Below the pieces are notes generated by a model. That model saw only the letters and a program-made list of their open reading frames with translations. It did no database searches and had not been told where the DNA came from. Source: an uncultured Rickettsiales bacterium (lineage in GTDB: Bacteria > Pseudomonadota > Alphaproteobacteria > Rickettsiales > UBA8987). From it: a stretch of 64,000 nucleotides of DNA. The position numbers and the translations under genes were made by a program. Position 1 is the first letter of the stretch. Every line of letters begins with the position of its first letter. This document shows, piece after piece, positions 20,617 to 30,592 of the stretch. Location of the stretch: NCBI GenBank assembly GCA_964445765.1, contig CAYULD010000002.1, positions 296,844 to 360,843 on the forward strand, read 5' to 3'.

Positions 20617-21252
20617 ATGCTTCCTTCACTGCACAAAAATATTTCTGAATTTTATATACCTCAACATCATATTAACTCCGCGATTGAGGCAAATTCCTTT
20701 GCACTTAACCATTATGCACTTGCGATAAGTGGTAAATTATGTAGCATAGATGAGGAAATAAATCTCGCAGAAAAGTGGGCTTTCTTAGCGTTATTTCCAT
20801 ATTTCGGGTCAAATGGTATTGAGCTTTTGCATAGTTTTAATGATAACTCAATTTCAACTTATCACGCTTGCAAAAGATTTTTGAAATTTAGTGCTAATGA
20901 TAAAAATATTTCCGCCAAATTATATGCAAGATTATTCAAATTGGCTGGCTGTGATGATGTTCTTAATACTCTTGAAATCTCATTTTTAGAAAAAATTTCA
21001 CCAATGTTAGGGCTTAATTTGAACTATTTAGAAAAAGCCCTAGAATTTTATTTTCTCAAAAATTTGGAGTTTAAGCCAGCATTACCAAAGCATGAGGTTA
21101 GGAGATTTTACATCGGTCAAATAGCAAAATTGCACCCAGATAACTTTTTACACAATGATAATCTTAGCAAAAGAATAAAATCAACTATCGTAACACTTGC
21201 TAATGAAAGAGCAAAAATCTTAAATGAAAATTACAAAAATTCCATCTCCTAA
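20617..21252 (+). CDS. TerB/DjlA-like protein with degenerate C-terminal J domain
   Basis: TerB-like LFKLA..D..LN..E..FL; LHPD followed by ANERAKILNENY. Confidence 0.55.
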   Translation: MLPSLHKNISEFYIPQHHINSAIEANSFALNHYALAISGKLCSIDEEINLAEKWAFLALFPYFGSNGIELLHSFNDNSISTYHACKRFLKFSANDKNISAKLYARLFKLAGCDDVLNTLEISFLEKISPMLGLNLNYLEKALEFYFLKNLEFKPALPKHEVRRFYIGQIAKLHPDNFLHNDNLSKRIKSTIVTLANERAKILNENYKNSIS

Positions 21253-22012
21253 TTTTTCTAATCGGCCTGAAAATTCAAGCATAGATTGTATTATTCTGCA
21301 TTATACGGGAATGAAATCTACCAAAGAGGCTCTAAAAAGAATGTGTGATACTGAGGCTGAAGTGAGTTGCCATTATTTAATTGCTGAGAATGGCGAGATT
21401 ATTCAGCTAGTTGATGATGAATTTAAGGCTTGGCACGCAGGAAAAAGTTTCTGGCAGGGCAGGGAGAACTTAAATAATAATTCTATCGGTATTGAAATTT
21501 CAAATTTTGGGCATCAATGGGGCTATAAACCCTTTGAAGAGGAGCAAATAGAAGCCGTAATTGAATTATGCAAACATCTAATTGAAAATTATAATATCAA
21601 ACCGCAAAATATTTTGGGTCATAGTGATATTGCCCCATCTAGAAAAGAAGATCCGGGTGAATTATTCCCTTGGAAATTACTTGCAGATGAAGGCATTGGG
21701 CTTTGGTATGATTTTGAAATTGGTAAGGCTAATTACAAAAAGCAAATAGAATTAACTAAAGATTTAGAAAATCTAAAGAAAGAAGACGTAATTTTAATTC
21801 AAGAAAAATTATCAAAAATTGGTTATAAAATAGGCAAAAAATCTATTCTTGATGAGCAGACTTTGAAAGCAATTATAGCATTTTATAGAAGGTTTATTCC
21901 ACAAAGAATATTAATGTGTAATAATAAACAACACCCTGAATATATCGGTTGGGATGAACTTTCAAACACGGTTGCTGATAATCTAATTAATAAAATTACT
22001 ATAGCTAAATGA
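21224..22012 (+). CDS. N-acetylmuramoyl-L-alanine amidase (Amidase_2, AmiD/AmpD-like)
   Basis: SPNF..R, ILHYT, VSCHYLI, AWHAG, SIGIEI, GHSDIAP.RK.DPG. Confidence 0.9.
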   Translation: MKITKIPSPNFSNRPENSSIDCIILHYTGMKSTKEALKRMCDTEAEVSCHYLIAENGEIIQLVDDEFKAWHAGKSFWQGRENLNNNSIGIEISNFGHQWGYKPFEEEQIEAVIELCKHLIENYNIKPQNILGHSDIAPSRKEDPGELFPWKLLADEGIGLWYDFEIGKANYKKQIELTKDLENLKKEDVILIQEKLSKIGYKIGKKSILDEQTLKAIIAFYRRFIPQRILMCNNKQHPEYIGWDELSNTVADNLINKITIAK

Positions 22013-22096
22013 ATATAAATCATTTAGCTATAGATAGAAATTGATTGCTATAGCTAAATAAGTATAAATCATTTTAGAAAATAAAGGCTAAATTTT

Positions 22097-22966
22097 ATGG
22101 TATCATTTCAAGAAATTATTCTTAGGCTTCAGAATTTCTGGGCAAAACAAGGTTGTGTTATTCTGCAACCTTATGATGTTGAAATGGGTGCAGGCACTTT
22201 TCACCCCGCAACAACCTTGCGTGCATTAACTACAAAACCTTGGAAGGCAGCTTATGTTCAGCCATCTCGCAGGCCAAAAGATGGCAGATATGGTGAAAAT
22301 CCGAATAGGCTTCAGCATTATTATCAATTTCAAGTTATTCTAAAACCATCACCTGATAATATTCAAGAATTATATCTTGAAAGCCTTGCAGAGCTTGGAA
22401 TTAATGTGAAAGATCACGATATAAGATTCGTTGAAGATGACTGGGAAAGCCCAACCCTTGGTGCTTGGGGGCTTGGCTGGGAAGTTTGGTGCGATGGAAT
22501 GGAAGTTACACAATTCACTTATTTTCAGCAAGTTGGTGGCTTTGATTGTCAGCCAGTGGCAGGTGAAATAACTTACGGGCTAGAAAGGCTTGCAATGTAT
22601 ATTCAGAACAAAGAAAATGTTTATGATTTAGATTTTAACGGCGGTAAAGGTAAAAATAAAGTTTCATATGGTGAAGTTTTTTTACAAAATGAGAGAGAGT
22701 TTTCCGCGTTTAATTTAGAATATGCTAACACAGAAAAAATTCTAAAAAATTTCAATGAATGTGAAGAAGAATGTTTCGCTTTACTAGAACAACGCTTGGT
22801 TTTACCAGCTTATGATCAATGTATAAAAGCCTCTCATAATTTTAACTTGCTTGATGCAAGGGGCGTTATAAGCGTTAGCCAGCGTGCATCTTATATTGCT
22901 AGGGTTCGTGAAATGGCTCGCAAATGCTGTGCCTCCTATATTGAATCACAAGGTGAAATGTTATAG
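22097..22966 (+). CDS. glyQ: Glycine-tRNA ligase alpha subunit
   Basis: [40 protein letters not shown]. Confidence 0.97.
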   Translation: MVSFQEIILRLQNFWAKQGCVILQPYDVEMGAGTFHPATTLRALTTKPWKAAYVQPSRRPKDGRYGENPNRLQHYYQFQVILKPSPDNIQELYLESLAELGINVKDHDIRFVEDDWESPTLGAWGLGWEVWCDGMEVTQFTYFQQVGGFDCQPVAGEITYGLERLAMYIQNKENVYDLDFNGGKGKNKVSYGEVFLQNEREFSAFNLEYANTEKILKNFNECEEECFALLEQRLVLPAYDQCIKASHNFNLLDARGVISVSQRASYIARVREMARKCCASYIESQGEML

Positions 22967-22970
22967 TAAA

Positions 22971-24437
22971 ATGTTTCTTGATTATAAAAATAACCTTAAA
23001 AATTTTATCTTAATTGCTATTGCTATAACTTTGTTAAGGTTGGTTTTTCTATATTACAGCAAATTTCCATTATGGGTTGATGAATCACAATATTGGTTTT
23101 GGTCTAAATTTTTAGATGCAGGCTATTATTCAAAGCCGCCTGCTATTGCTTGGATAATAAATTTCACTACAGAATATTTCGGTGATAAAGAATTTTTTAT
23201 ACGCCTTGCAAGCCCGCTAATTCATTTATTTACGGCTATATATATTTATCTAATTGCGGATAAATTATATGATGAAAAAATCTCTTTTTATGCAGGCTTA
23301 TTATATTTATTAATGCCAGCAACTAGCCTTTCTAGCAATTTTATTTCCGCAGATGCACCACTTGCTTTATGCTGGGCAGGGGCGGTGTTTCACTTAATAA
23401 CCGCTATGGAATTCAAAGATGAAAGCAGATTTTTCAGTTGGCTTTTATTTTCAATTTGGCTAGGGCTTGGTTTTTTGAGTAAATATACTATTATTATTTT
23501 ACTAGGTGGGCTTACAATTTATGTTTTATTCGCTAGGTTTTCGCATTTTTTCTCAGCGAATTTTATATTTTCCTTAGTTTTTGCAGGCTTCATTTTTCTT
23601 CCAAATATTCTGTGGAATTATAATAATGACTTTGTAAGTTTTAGCCATACGCAAGAAAATTTACTCAATTCTAAAAACCCTAAAAATTTTATTGAACAAT
23701 TTAATAGCTTAAATTTTAAGGGTTTTGCTGAATTTTTGTTGGCACAATTTGCGGTTTTTGGTTTCCTAATAATTTTCATTTTTTCTGCATTATATCGCAG
23801 GGTAAAAACTGATATTTTACTTATTGCAGAAGAAAAAGATGCAAGGCTATTATTATTTTGGATATCACTTCCAACATTAATTGCAGGCTTGTTATTAAGC
23901 CTTATAGCATCTGCACAGGCACATTGGTCTGCACCAGCTTATATTGGCTTATCAATTTTAATAACTTGGTATTTAGTTAGAAAAAATAAAGAATTCTATC
24001 TTAAACTATGGCTTGCTATAGCCTTTACTTTATTTTTGGTTTTGAGTGTAATTTCAACAAAACCAACATTAATTACCAACTTAAACCTCAAGAAAAATCC
24101 ACTTGAAAGGCTATATATTTGGTATGAGCCAGCTAATAAAATTAAAGAATATCAAGAATTATACCCTAGTGCATTAATCGCCAGTGATGAAAGGAAAATA
24201 ATTGCCCCACTAACTTATGCTTTAAGAAACGGCAAAAATCCGCAGATAATTTATAAATTAAAATTATCTGGCGGTGTTAATGATCATTTTGATTTGAAAT
24301 ATAAACTGCCAAATGATGCTAAAGAAATTATTTTTATCACAAGAAGTTTAACCGAAGAAAATCTTAAAAAATATAATTACAAAGTGAATTTACTAGCAAG
24401 CAAAGATATATTTAGAATATATTTTCTAACAAAATAA
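22971..24437 (+). CDS. ArnT/PMT-family (GT-C) membrane glycosyltransferase
   Basis: DESQYW.WS..LD.GYYSKPP, multiple TM helices, LSKYT; start reassigned to ATG 22971. Confidence 0.8.
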   Translation: MFLDYKNNLKNFILIAIAITLLRLVFLYYSKFPLWVDESQYWFWSKFLDAGYYSKPPAIAWIINFTTEYFGDKEFFIRLASPLIHLFTAIYIYLIADKLYDEKISFYAGLLYLLMPATSLSSNFISADAPLALCWAGAVFHLITAMEFKDESRFFSWLLFSIWLGLGFLSKYTIIILLGGLTIYVLFARFSHFFSANFIFSLVFAGFIFLPNILWNYNNDFVSFSHTQENLLNSKNPKNFIEQFNSLNFKGFAEFLLAQFAVFGFLIIFIFSALYRRVKTDILLIAEEKDARLLLFWISLPTLIAGLLLSLIASAQAHWSAPAYIGLSILITWYLVRKNKEFYLKLWLAIAFTLFLVLSVISTKPTLITNLNLKKNPLERLYIWYEPANKIKEYQELYPSALIASDERKIIAPLTYALRNGKNPQIIYKLKLSGGVNDHFDLKYKLPNDAKEIIFITRSLTEENLKKYNYKVNLLASKDIFRIYFLTK

Positions 24438-24490
24438 TTTGTAAATCTTTTACAACTCTGTATCAATTTTGTATAATCTTTTAATTACCT

Positions 24491-26002
24491 ATGGTTGCAC
24501 ATATCAACACATTTTCATTTAATGGAATTGAAACAATTCCGGTTGATGTGCAATGTCAAATATCTTCTGGAATGGTGAATTTTTCTGTGGTTGGCTTGCC
24601 AGATAAATCCGTTGCGGAATCTCGTGAAAGAATTAGAGCCTGCTTTTCATCATTGGGTTTGAGCTTCCCTGCTAAAAGGGTGGTAGTAAATTTATCCCCA
24701 GCAGATGTTCATAAAGAAGGTAGCCATTATGATTTGCCAATTATACTCTGCTTACTAACACAGATGAATTTATTACCGCAAAATGAAATGATAAAATATT
24801 TTGCACTGGGTGAAATTTCTCTTGATGCAAGAATTATTGGCGTGAATGGTGTTTTACCCTCAGCCATTTCTGCACAAGGTGAAAATAAGGGGCTAATTTG
24901 CCCAAAAGAAAACGCCGAAGAGGCCTGCTGGGCAGGGGAAGATTTAGATATATTAGCTGTTTCTAATATTACTGAAATTCTTAATCATTTTAAGGGAGCA
25001 CAAATTATCCCTCGCCCAATATTTAAGCCAGAGCTTGAAAATAACAAAATAAATTACCCTGATTTTGCAGATATTAGAGGTCAAGAAAATGCTAAAAGAG
25101 CCGCCGAAATTGCAGCATCTGGCGGGCATAATATGTTGATGAGTGGCCCACCCGGCTCAGGAAAATCAATGATAGCAAGCAGAATACCCGGTATTTTGCC
25201 AGAGCTTGAACCCAAAGAAATTTTAGAAACAAGTATGATACATTCTATCGCTGGAAATATAAAAGGCGGTAGTTTAGTTACAAATAGGCCGTTTAGATCA
25301 CCCCATCATAATTGTTCAATGCCGGCAATGATAGGCGGTGGCACAAGGGCAAAACCGGGTGAGGTTTCACTCTCACATAATGGTGTTTTATTTCTTGATG
25401 AATTTCCTGAATTTCCAAGACAAGTTTTAGATTCTCTAAGGCAACCATTAGAAGCTAGAGAAGTTAGTATTTCAAGGGTTAATTCTCATATAACTTACCC
25501 TGCTAAATTTCAGCTAATTGCAGCAATGAACCCTTGTAAATGCGGTTATTTAGATGAGCCTGCAAAAGCCTGCTCCAGAGCACCAAAATGTGCTAATGAA
25601 TATCAGGCAAAAATCTCAGGCCCTTTACTTGATAGATTTGATATTTACATAGAAGTTTCTCAGCAAAATGCCCATAATGCATTTAATTTAAGCAATGGTG
25701 AAAATTCTGATACTATCAAGGCAAGAGTTCTAAAATGTAGGGAGCTTCAGAAGGAAAGATATAGAGATACAAACTATAATTCAAACGCTGATTTACAAGG
25801 CAATGATATTGAAAAATTTTGCGTTATTACTGATGAAGCTAAAAATATTTTACAAAAAGGGGCGGAAGCCCTTAATCTTTCAATGCGAGGTTATACAAGG
25901 GTTTTAAGAACTGCTCGCACTATTGCTGATATGGAAGCGAAAGAAATTATTGAAAAGCCCCACATCGCGGAAGCCCTATCTTACAGGCAGAGGAATTATT
26001 GA
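24491..26002 (+). CDS. comM: YifB/ComM family Mg-chelatase-like AAA+ ATPase
   Basis: VGLPDK.V.ESRER, KEGSHYDLPI, GPPGSGKSM, RPFRSPHH, GVLFLDE. Confidence 0.9.
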   Translation: MVAHINTFSFNGIETIPVDVQCQISSGMVNFSVVGLPDKSVAESRERIRACFSSLGLSFPAKRVVVNLSPADVHKEGSHYDLPIILCLLTQMNLLPQNEMIKYFALGEISLDARIIGVNGVLPSAISAQGENKGLICPKENAEEACWAGEDLDILAVSNITEILNHFKGAQIIPRPIFKPELENNKINYPDFADIRGQENAKRAAEIAASGGHNMLMSGPPGSGKSMIASRIPGILPELEPKEILETSMIHSIAGNIKGGSLVTNRPFRSPHHNCSMPAMIGGGTRAKPGEVSLSHNGVLFLDEFPEFPRQVLDSLRQPLEAREVSISRVNSHITYPAKFQLIAAMNPCKCGYLDEPAKACSRAPKCANEYQAKISGPLLDRFDIYIEVSQQNAHNAFNLSNGENSDTIKARVLKCRELQKERYRDTNYNSNADLQGNDIEKFCVITDEAKNILQKGAEALNLSMRGYTRVLRTARTIADMEAKEIIEKPHIAEALSYRQRNY

Positions 26003-26964
26003 TGCCTAAACCAACTCGTAAATTTTTCTAAACCTACTTCTATTGAAGTTTGGGGGTTATAATTAAAATCATTTTGAGATTCTTTAATATCGGCAAAGGT
26101 TTTATAAACATCACCTTTTTGCATAGGGGCTAATTCAATTATCGCTTTTTTGCCAAGATTTTTTTCTAAAATCTCAACAAAATATTTTAATTTTACCGGC
26201 TTATTATTGCCAAGATTATAAATTCTATGTTTTTTATTTTGGTTATTTGAAAGCTTTATAACACCTAAAATGCCATTTATTATATCATCAATATAGGTAA
26301 AATCACGCTCTAAATTGCCCTCATTAAATAATTTAATTGGTTTGTTTTCCAAAATATTTTGAGAAAAACTCCAATAAGCCATATCTGGCCTGCCATATTC
26401 ACCATAAACTGTGAAAAACCTTAAACCAATTGAATTAATATTATGAGTATGAGAAAAACTCTCAGCAACTAATTCACAAGATTTTTTAGTGGCCGCATAT
26501 AGTGAAACAGGGTTATCAACATTATCTGTAATGCTAAAAGGCGTTTTTTGTTGATTACCATATACAGAGCTTGAGCTTGCATAAATTATTTTTGATAAAT
26601 TACTGAGAAATTTATTCGCATTATTAAATATCACCACCTGCCCAAGTAAATTGCTGTTAGCATAAGCAAGCGGGTTTTCAAGGCTATATCTAACGCCAGC
26701 TTGTGCGCCTAAGTGAATAACTAGCTCCGCATTTTTATGAGCAGAAAAAATCTCAGATATAATTTTATCATCTGAGAAATCTGCTTTATAAAAAGTAAAA
26801 TTTTTTGAAATATTATTTAGAATTTCAAGGCGATTTTCTTTTAATTTCGTTGAGTAATAATTATTTATATTATCAATGCCAATTATTTCATAACCTTCAT
26901 TAAGCAAGGCTTTTGAGAGATGAAAACCAATAAAACCCGCAACGCCTGTAACAATAATTTTCAT
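25996..26964 (-). CDS. NAD-dependent epimerase (UDP-glucuronate 4-epimerase-like)
   Basis: TGVAGFIG, AQAGVRYSLENP, YAATK, RFFTVYG..GRPDMA. Confidence 0.9.
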   Translation of the reverse strand: MKIIVTGVAGFIGFHLSKALLNEGYEIIGIDNINNYYSTKLKENRLEILNNISKNFTFYKADFSDDKIISEIFSAHKNAELVIHLGAQAGVRYSLENPLAYANSNLLGQVVIFNNANKFLSNLSKIIYASSSSVYGNQQKTPFSITDNVDNPVSLYAATKKSCELVAESFSHTHNINSIGLRFFTVYGEYGRPDMAYWSFSQNILENKPIKLFNEGNLERDFTYIDDIINGILGVIKLSNNQNKKHRIYNLGNNKPVKLKYFVEILEKNLGKKAIIELAPMQKGDVYKTFADIKESQNDFNYNPQTSIEVGLEKFTSWFRHQ

Positions 26965-26976
26965 AAATTGTGTTAT

Positions 26977-28551
26977 CTAATATTCTTCTGCGTAATCAGT
27001 GAATTGAGTAGTATTTTTATCAAAATAAAGATTTACACTTCCAATCGGGCCGTTTCTATTTTTTGCAACAATTATTTCTGAGATGTTATCAATCTTTTCC
27101 ATTTTATCTCGCCAAGCATTAAATTCATTTGAGCTTTCTTCAGAAGGCTTTTTTCGCTCTTCATAATAAGCCTCACGATAGATAAACATAACAATATCTG
27201 CATCTTGCTCTATTGAGCCAGATTCCCTTAAATCAGCAAGTTGGGGCTTTTTATCAGTTCTTTCTTCTACTTTTCTTGATAATTGAGAGAGGGCTAAAAC
27301 TGGAATATTAAGCTCTTTCGCAATAGCCTTTAAGCCCATTGAAATTTCTGAAATCTCTTGCACTCTACTTTCTTGAGATTTTTTATTTGTGCCGTGAATT
27401 AATTGTAAATAATCTACAATTAAAAATTCTAAATTATGCTTTCTTTTAAGCCTTCTAGCCCTTGTGCGAACTGCTGAAATTGAAAGGGCGGGAGTATCAT
27501 CAATAAATATTGGAAGATTTTGTAAATCTTGAGATGCCTTAATAAGTTTATTAAATTCATCATTTTCAATATTATCTGATTTTTTAAGATGCCCCCTTCT
27601 AATATTAAAAGCATTTATGCCAGTTTTAATTGAAAGAAACCTTGTAGCAAGTTGTTCAGCCGACATTTCAAGAGAAATAACGCCAACCGCCCCTTGTGTT
27701 GGCTCAGTAATGCCAGAGGGGTTTTTGCGAAATTGCTCAATATTTTTGAGAAAATTTTGCTTTAAGAAACCTGCAACATTTAATGCGAAATTAAGTGCCA
27801 GAGCCGTTTTACCCATTGAAGGCCTAGCCGCAAGTATTATTAAATCAGATTTATTAAAGCCACCAATTAAATCATCCATTGATTTGAAGCTAGTAGTAAC
27901 ACCACCATCAAAACCACCTTTTGATGCAACATCAGCAAATTTTACTGCACTTGAGATTGCATTTTTAGCGTGAGAAAAACCAGTATCACCAAAACCTTCT
28001 GATGCTAATTGAAATAACTTACTTTCAGGTGTTTCAATTTGCTTGCTTGCGGTTTCATCACCGGTTGCATTGTAAGAATCTTCAAGGGTTTCATTAGCAA
28101 TATTAATTAATTGGCGACTAATGTGAAGGTTATAAATTAGCAAGCCGTAATCTCTAATATTTGTAATGCCTGCGCCAAGCCCACTAAGTTTTAACAAGTA
28201 AGAAACACCGCCAAAAAACTCTATTGCCTCATTACCTTGAAAATGATTTTTAAGAGTAACTGCATTGGCAATTATCCCTTTATCACTAAGGCTTAAAATT
28301 GTTTGATAAATTTTTTGATGTAGTGGCTCATAAAAATTTTCAGCCTGCAAAAAATCACCAACACGATTAATATATTCGTTATTATTCATCAAAGCACCAA
28401 GCAAATATTGCTCTGCCTCAATATTGTTAGGAAGCTCTTTTGCCTTATCATTAAGTGAGGAGTTTTGAGAATTAGCCTGATTTTCAGCAAGCCCATTTGT
28501 TGCCCCAGAAGTTGCTTTAATTGCAATTATTTTTTGCTCATTTTCTGCCAT
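26977..28551 (-). CDS. dnaB: Replicative DNA helicase
   Basis: P.NIEAEQ.LLG, AARPSMGKT, SLEMSAEQL, VDYLQL, LSQLSR, DLRESGSIEQDAD; start reassigned to ATG 28551. Confidence 0.95.
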   Translation of the reverse strand: MAENEQKIIAIKATSGATNGLAENQANSQNSSLNDKAKELPNNIEAEQYLLGALMNNNEYINRVGDFLQAENFYEPLHQKIYQTILSLSDKGIIANAVTLKNHFQGNEAIEFFGGVSYLLKLSGLGAGITNIRDYGLLIYNLHISRQLINIANETLEDSYNATGDETASKQIETPESKLFQLASEGFGDTGFSHAKNAISSAVKFADVASKGGFDGGVTTSFKSMDDLIGGFNKSDLIILAARPSMGKTALALNFALNVAGFLKQNFLKNIEQFRKNPSGITEPTQGAVGVISLEMSAEQLATRFLSIKTGINAFNIRRGHLKKSDNIENDEFNKLIKASQDLQNLPIFIDDTPALSISAVRTRARRLKRKHNLEFLIVDYLQLIHGTNKKSQESRVQEISEISMGLKAIAKELNIPVLALSQLSRKVEERTDKKPQLADLRESGSIEQDADIVMFIYREAYYEERKKPSEESSNEFNAWRDKMEKIDNISEIIVAKNRNGPIGSVNLYFDKNTTQFTDYAEEY

Positions 28552-28555
28552 ATAG

Positions 28556-30313
28556 CTAAGCGATATCCTTATGGAAATTATTGCCAGCGGTGGTGGCTTT
28601 AACATAATTTTTGCGGATTGTGAAATCCCCGAAATGTTCACCTTTATTACGATTTTGAGCAAAATCTCTAATGATTGGTGATAAAATTTCTGGCACTTTA
28701 ACCCCCTCAACATCTTTTTTGAATAATTTATTTAAGCGAGAGCCATCAAACCCAGCACCTAAATATAAATTATATCGCCCCGGGTTTGTTCCAACCAAGC
28801 CAATTTCAGCAAGGTAAGGCCTTGCACAGCCATTTGGGCAACCTGTCATTCTGATAACTATATCTTCTTCACGAATACCATTTTTCTCAAATTCTTTTTC
28901 AATTTCTGTAACTAAATCAGGCAGATATCTCTCACTTTCAGCAAGGGCAAGCCCGCAAGTTGGAAGTGCCACGCAAGCCATAGAATTTCTGCGAAGGCCA
29001 GATTGATTGAATTTATCAAGATTATATTCTGTAAGTAGCTTTTCAATTTTAGATTTATCTTTTTCTGCAACGCTTGCAATTATAACATTTTGATTGCAAG
29101 TTAAGCGAAAATCACCTTGATGAATTTTTGCAATTTCTGCCAAGCCTTGTTTTTGCTTACCAAAAAGCCTGCCATTTTGAATGAAAAGCGTGCAATGCCA
29201 TTTTTTATCATATCCTTGCACCCAACCATATCTATCACCGGTATTTTCAAATTTGAAAGGCTTTGCAGGTTGCAATTTATAGCCAAGCCTTTTTTCTACT
29301 TCTTCTCTAAATTTATTAATGCCGAGTGTTTCAACGGTATATTTCAAGCGTGCGTGTTTGCGAACATCACGATTTCCTAAATCTCTTTGTGCGATAACAA
29401 CTTTCTCAGCAACATCAACGGCTTGTGCAGGCGTGCAGAAACCCATAACATCAGCAGTTCTAGGAAATGTTGTATCATCGCCGTGTGTCATACCCATTCC
29501 ACCGCCAACGGTAACATTATATCCGATAATTTTATTATCTTCTATTATTGCAATAAAGCCTAGACAATGTGCGAATATATCAACATCATTTGAAGGCGGA
29601 ATAGCAACCACAGTTTTGAATTTGCGAGGCAGATAGGTTTTGCCGTAAATTGGCTCTTCCTCAGAGGCCTCAGGCTTTTTAGAATTTATTGGTGAATCAC
29701 ATTTGGTTTTTCTTGCACCTGAGGGAAGCTCATCTTCACCCTTGTTACCTGCAACAAGCTCATCATCAAGCCAAATTTCGTGATAAGCAGAAGTGCGAGG
29801 GGTAAGGTGGTTGCTTATATCGGTTGCTAGTTTTAATGCCTCTGCGTGATGCTCAGATTGATAAGGGTTTGGGTTGCACATCACATTTCTATTAACATCA
29901 CCGCAAGCAGCTAAAGTATCAAGGCAAACTTGATTAACTTCTGCAATAGCAGTTTTGAGATTTGTTTTAATTATACCGTGGAATTGGAAGGCTTGGCGAG
30001 TGGTTAATTTTAGTGTTCCATTAGCATAATTATCGGCTATCCAATCCATATGAAGCCATTGTGAAGGTGAACAAACACCACCCGGAACACGCACACGAGC
30101 CATAAAGCTATAGGCTTTATCAAGAAATTTTGCCCTTCTTTCCGCTCTTAAATCTCTATCATCTTGCTGATAAATGCCGTGAAATTTAGTAAGAATAGTA
30201 TCACTTTCTGCAAGTGAGCCTTCAATAATATGCTCAAGCCCCTGCTTAATGCCACCACGCAGATAGTTACTTTCTGTTTTTATACCTTCATTTGGTGCTT
30301 TACCTGTTGCCAT
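28556..30313 (-). CDS. cysI: Sulfite reductase hemoprotein subunit
   Basis: KFHGIYQQDDRD, LTTRQAFQFHG, LPRKFK, ACVALPTCGLA, GCPNGCARP. Confidence 0.93.
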   Translation of the reverse strand: MATGKAPNEGIKTESNYLRGGIKQGLEHIIEGSLAESDTILTKFHGIYQQDDRDLRAERRAKFLDKAYSFMARVRVPGGVCSPSQWLHMDWIADNYANGTLKLTTRQAFQFHGIIKTNLKTAIAEVNQVCLDTLAACGDVNRNVMCNPNPYQSEHHAEALKLATDISNHLTPRTSAYHEIWLDDELVAGNKGEDELPSGARKTKCDSPINSKKPEASEEEPIYGKTYLPRKFKTVVAIPPSNDVDIFAHCLGFIAIIEDNKIIGYNVTVGGGMGMTHGDDTTFPRTADVMGFCTPAQAVDVAEKVVIAQRDLGNRDVRKHARLKYTVETLGINKFREEVEKRLGYKLQPAKPFKFENTGDRYGWVQGYDKKWHCTLFIQNGRLFGKQKQGLAEIAKIHQGDFRLTCNQNVIIASVAEKDKSKIEKLLTEYNLDKFNQSGLRRNSMACVALPTCGLALAESERYLPDLVTEIEKEFEKNGIREEDIVIRMTGCPNGCARPYLAEIGLVGTNPGRYNLYLGAGFDGSRLNKLFKKDVEGVKVPEILSPIIRDFAQNRNKGEHFGDFTIRKNYVKATTAGNNFHKDIA

Positions 30314-30372
30314 ATATTATATAGTTTTTTAGTATTTATTATATGTATTAAATAGTAGATTATATTGAAGTC

Positions 30373-30427
30373 TGTCATGTTGAGCGTAGCGAAACATCTA
30401 AAGATCCTTCGCTTTGCTCAGGATGAC
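30373..30427. repeat. GTCAT...ATGAC palindromic repeat
   Basis: TGTCATGTTGAGCGTAGCGAAACATCT..GATCCTTCGCTTTGCTCAGGATGAC; related copies at 36566 and 38697. Confidence 0.75.
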
Positions 30428-30450
30428 TATCACACCTAAACATAAATTAC

Positions 30451-30545
30451 TATAGTGTTAACTATTCCCATCCCCTCACCCTTACCCTCTCCCCTTATAA
30501 AAGGGGAGAGGGGATTTTAGAGACATTATTTTTTAATACACTATA
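30451..30545. repeat. CCCCTCACCC...GGGGAGAGGGG hairpin repeat inside short TATAGTGT/ACACTATA inverted ends
   Basis: TCCCCTCACCCTTACCCTCTCCCCTTATAAAAGGGGAGAGGGGA at 30471-30515. Confidence 0.65.
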
Positions 30546-30592
30546 ACTTTATTCTCTAGCTCCCTAAAACCTAGCCTCTAGAACCTAGCCCC

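Noticed and set aside
28552-28713. N-terminal extension of DnaB in the ORF track (likewise the longer aspS, aroA and ArnT starts)
   Set aside because: The extensions overlap neighbouring genes or repeats; downstream ATGs match the family N-termini
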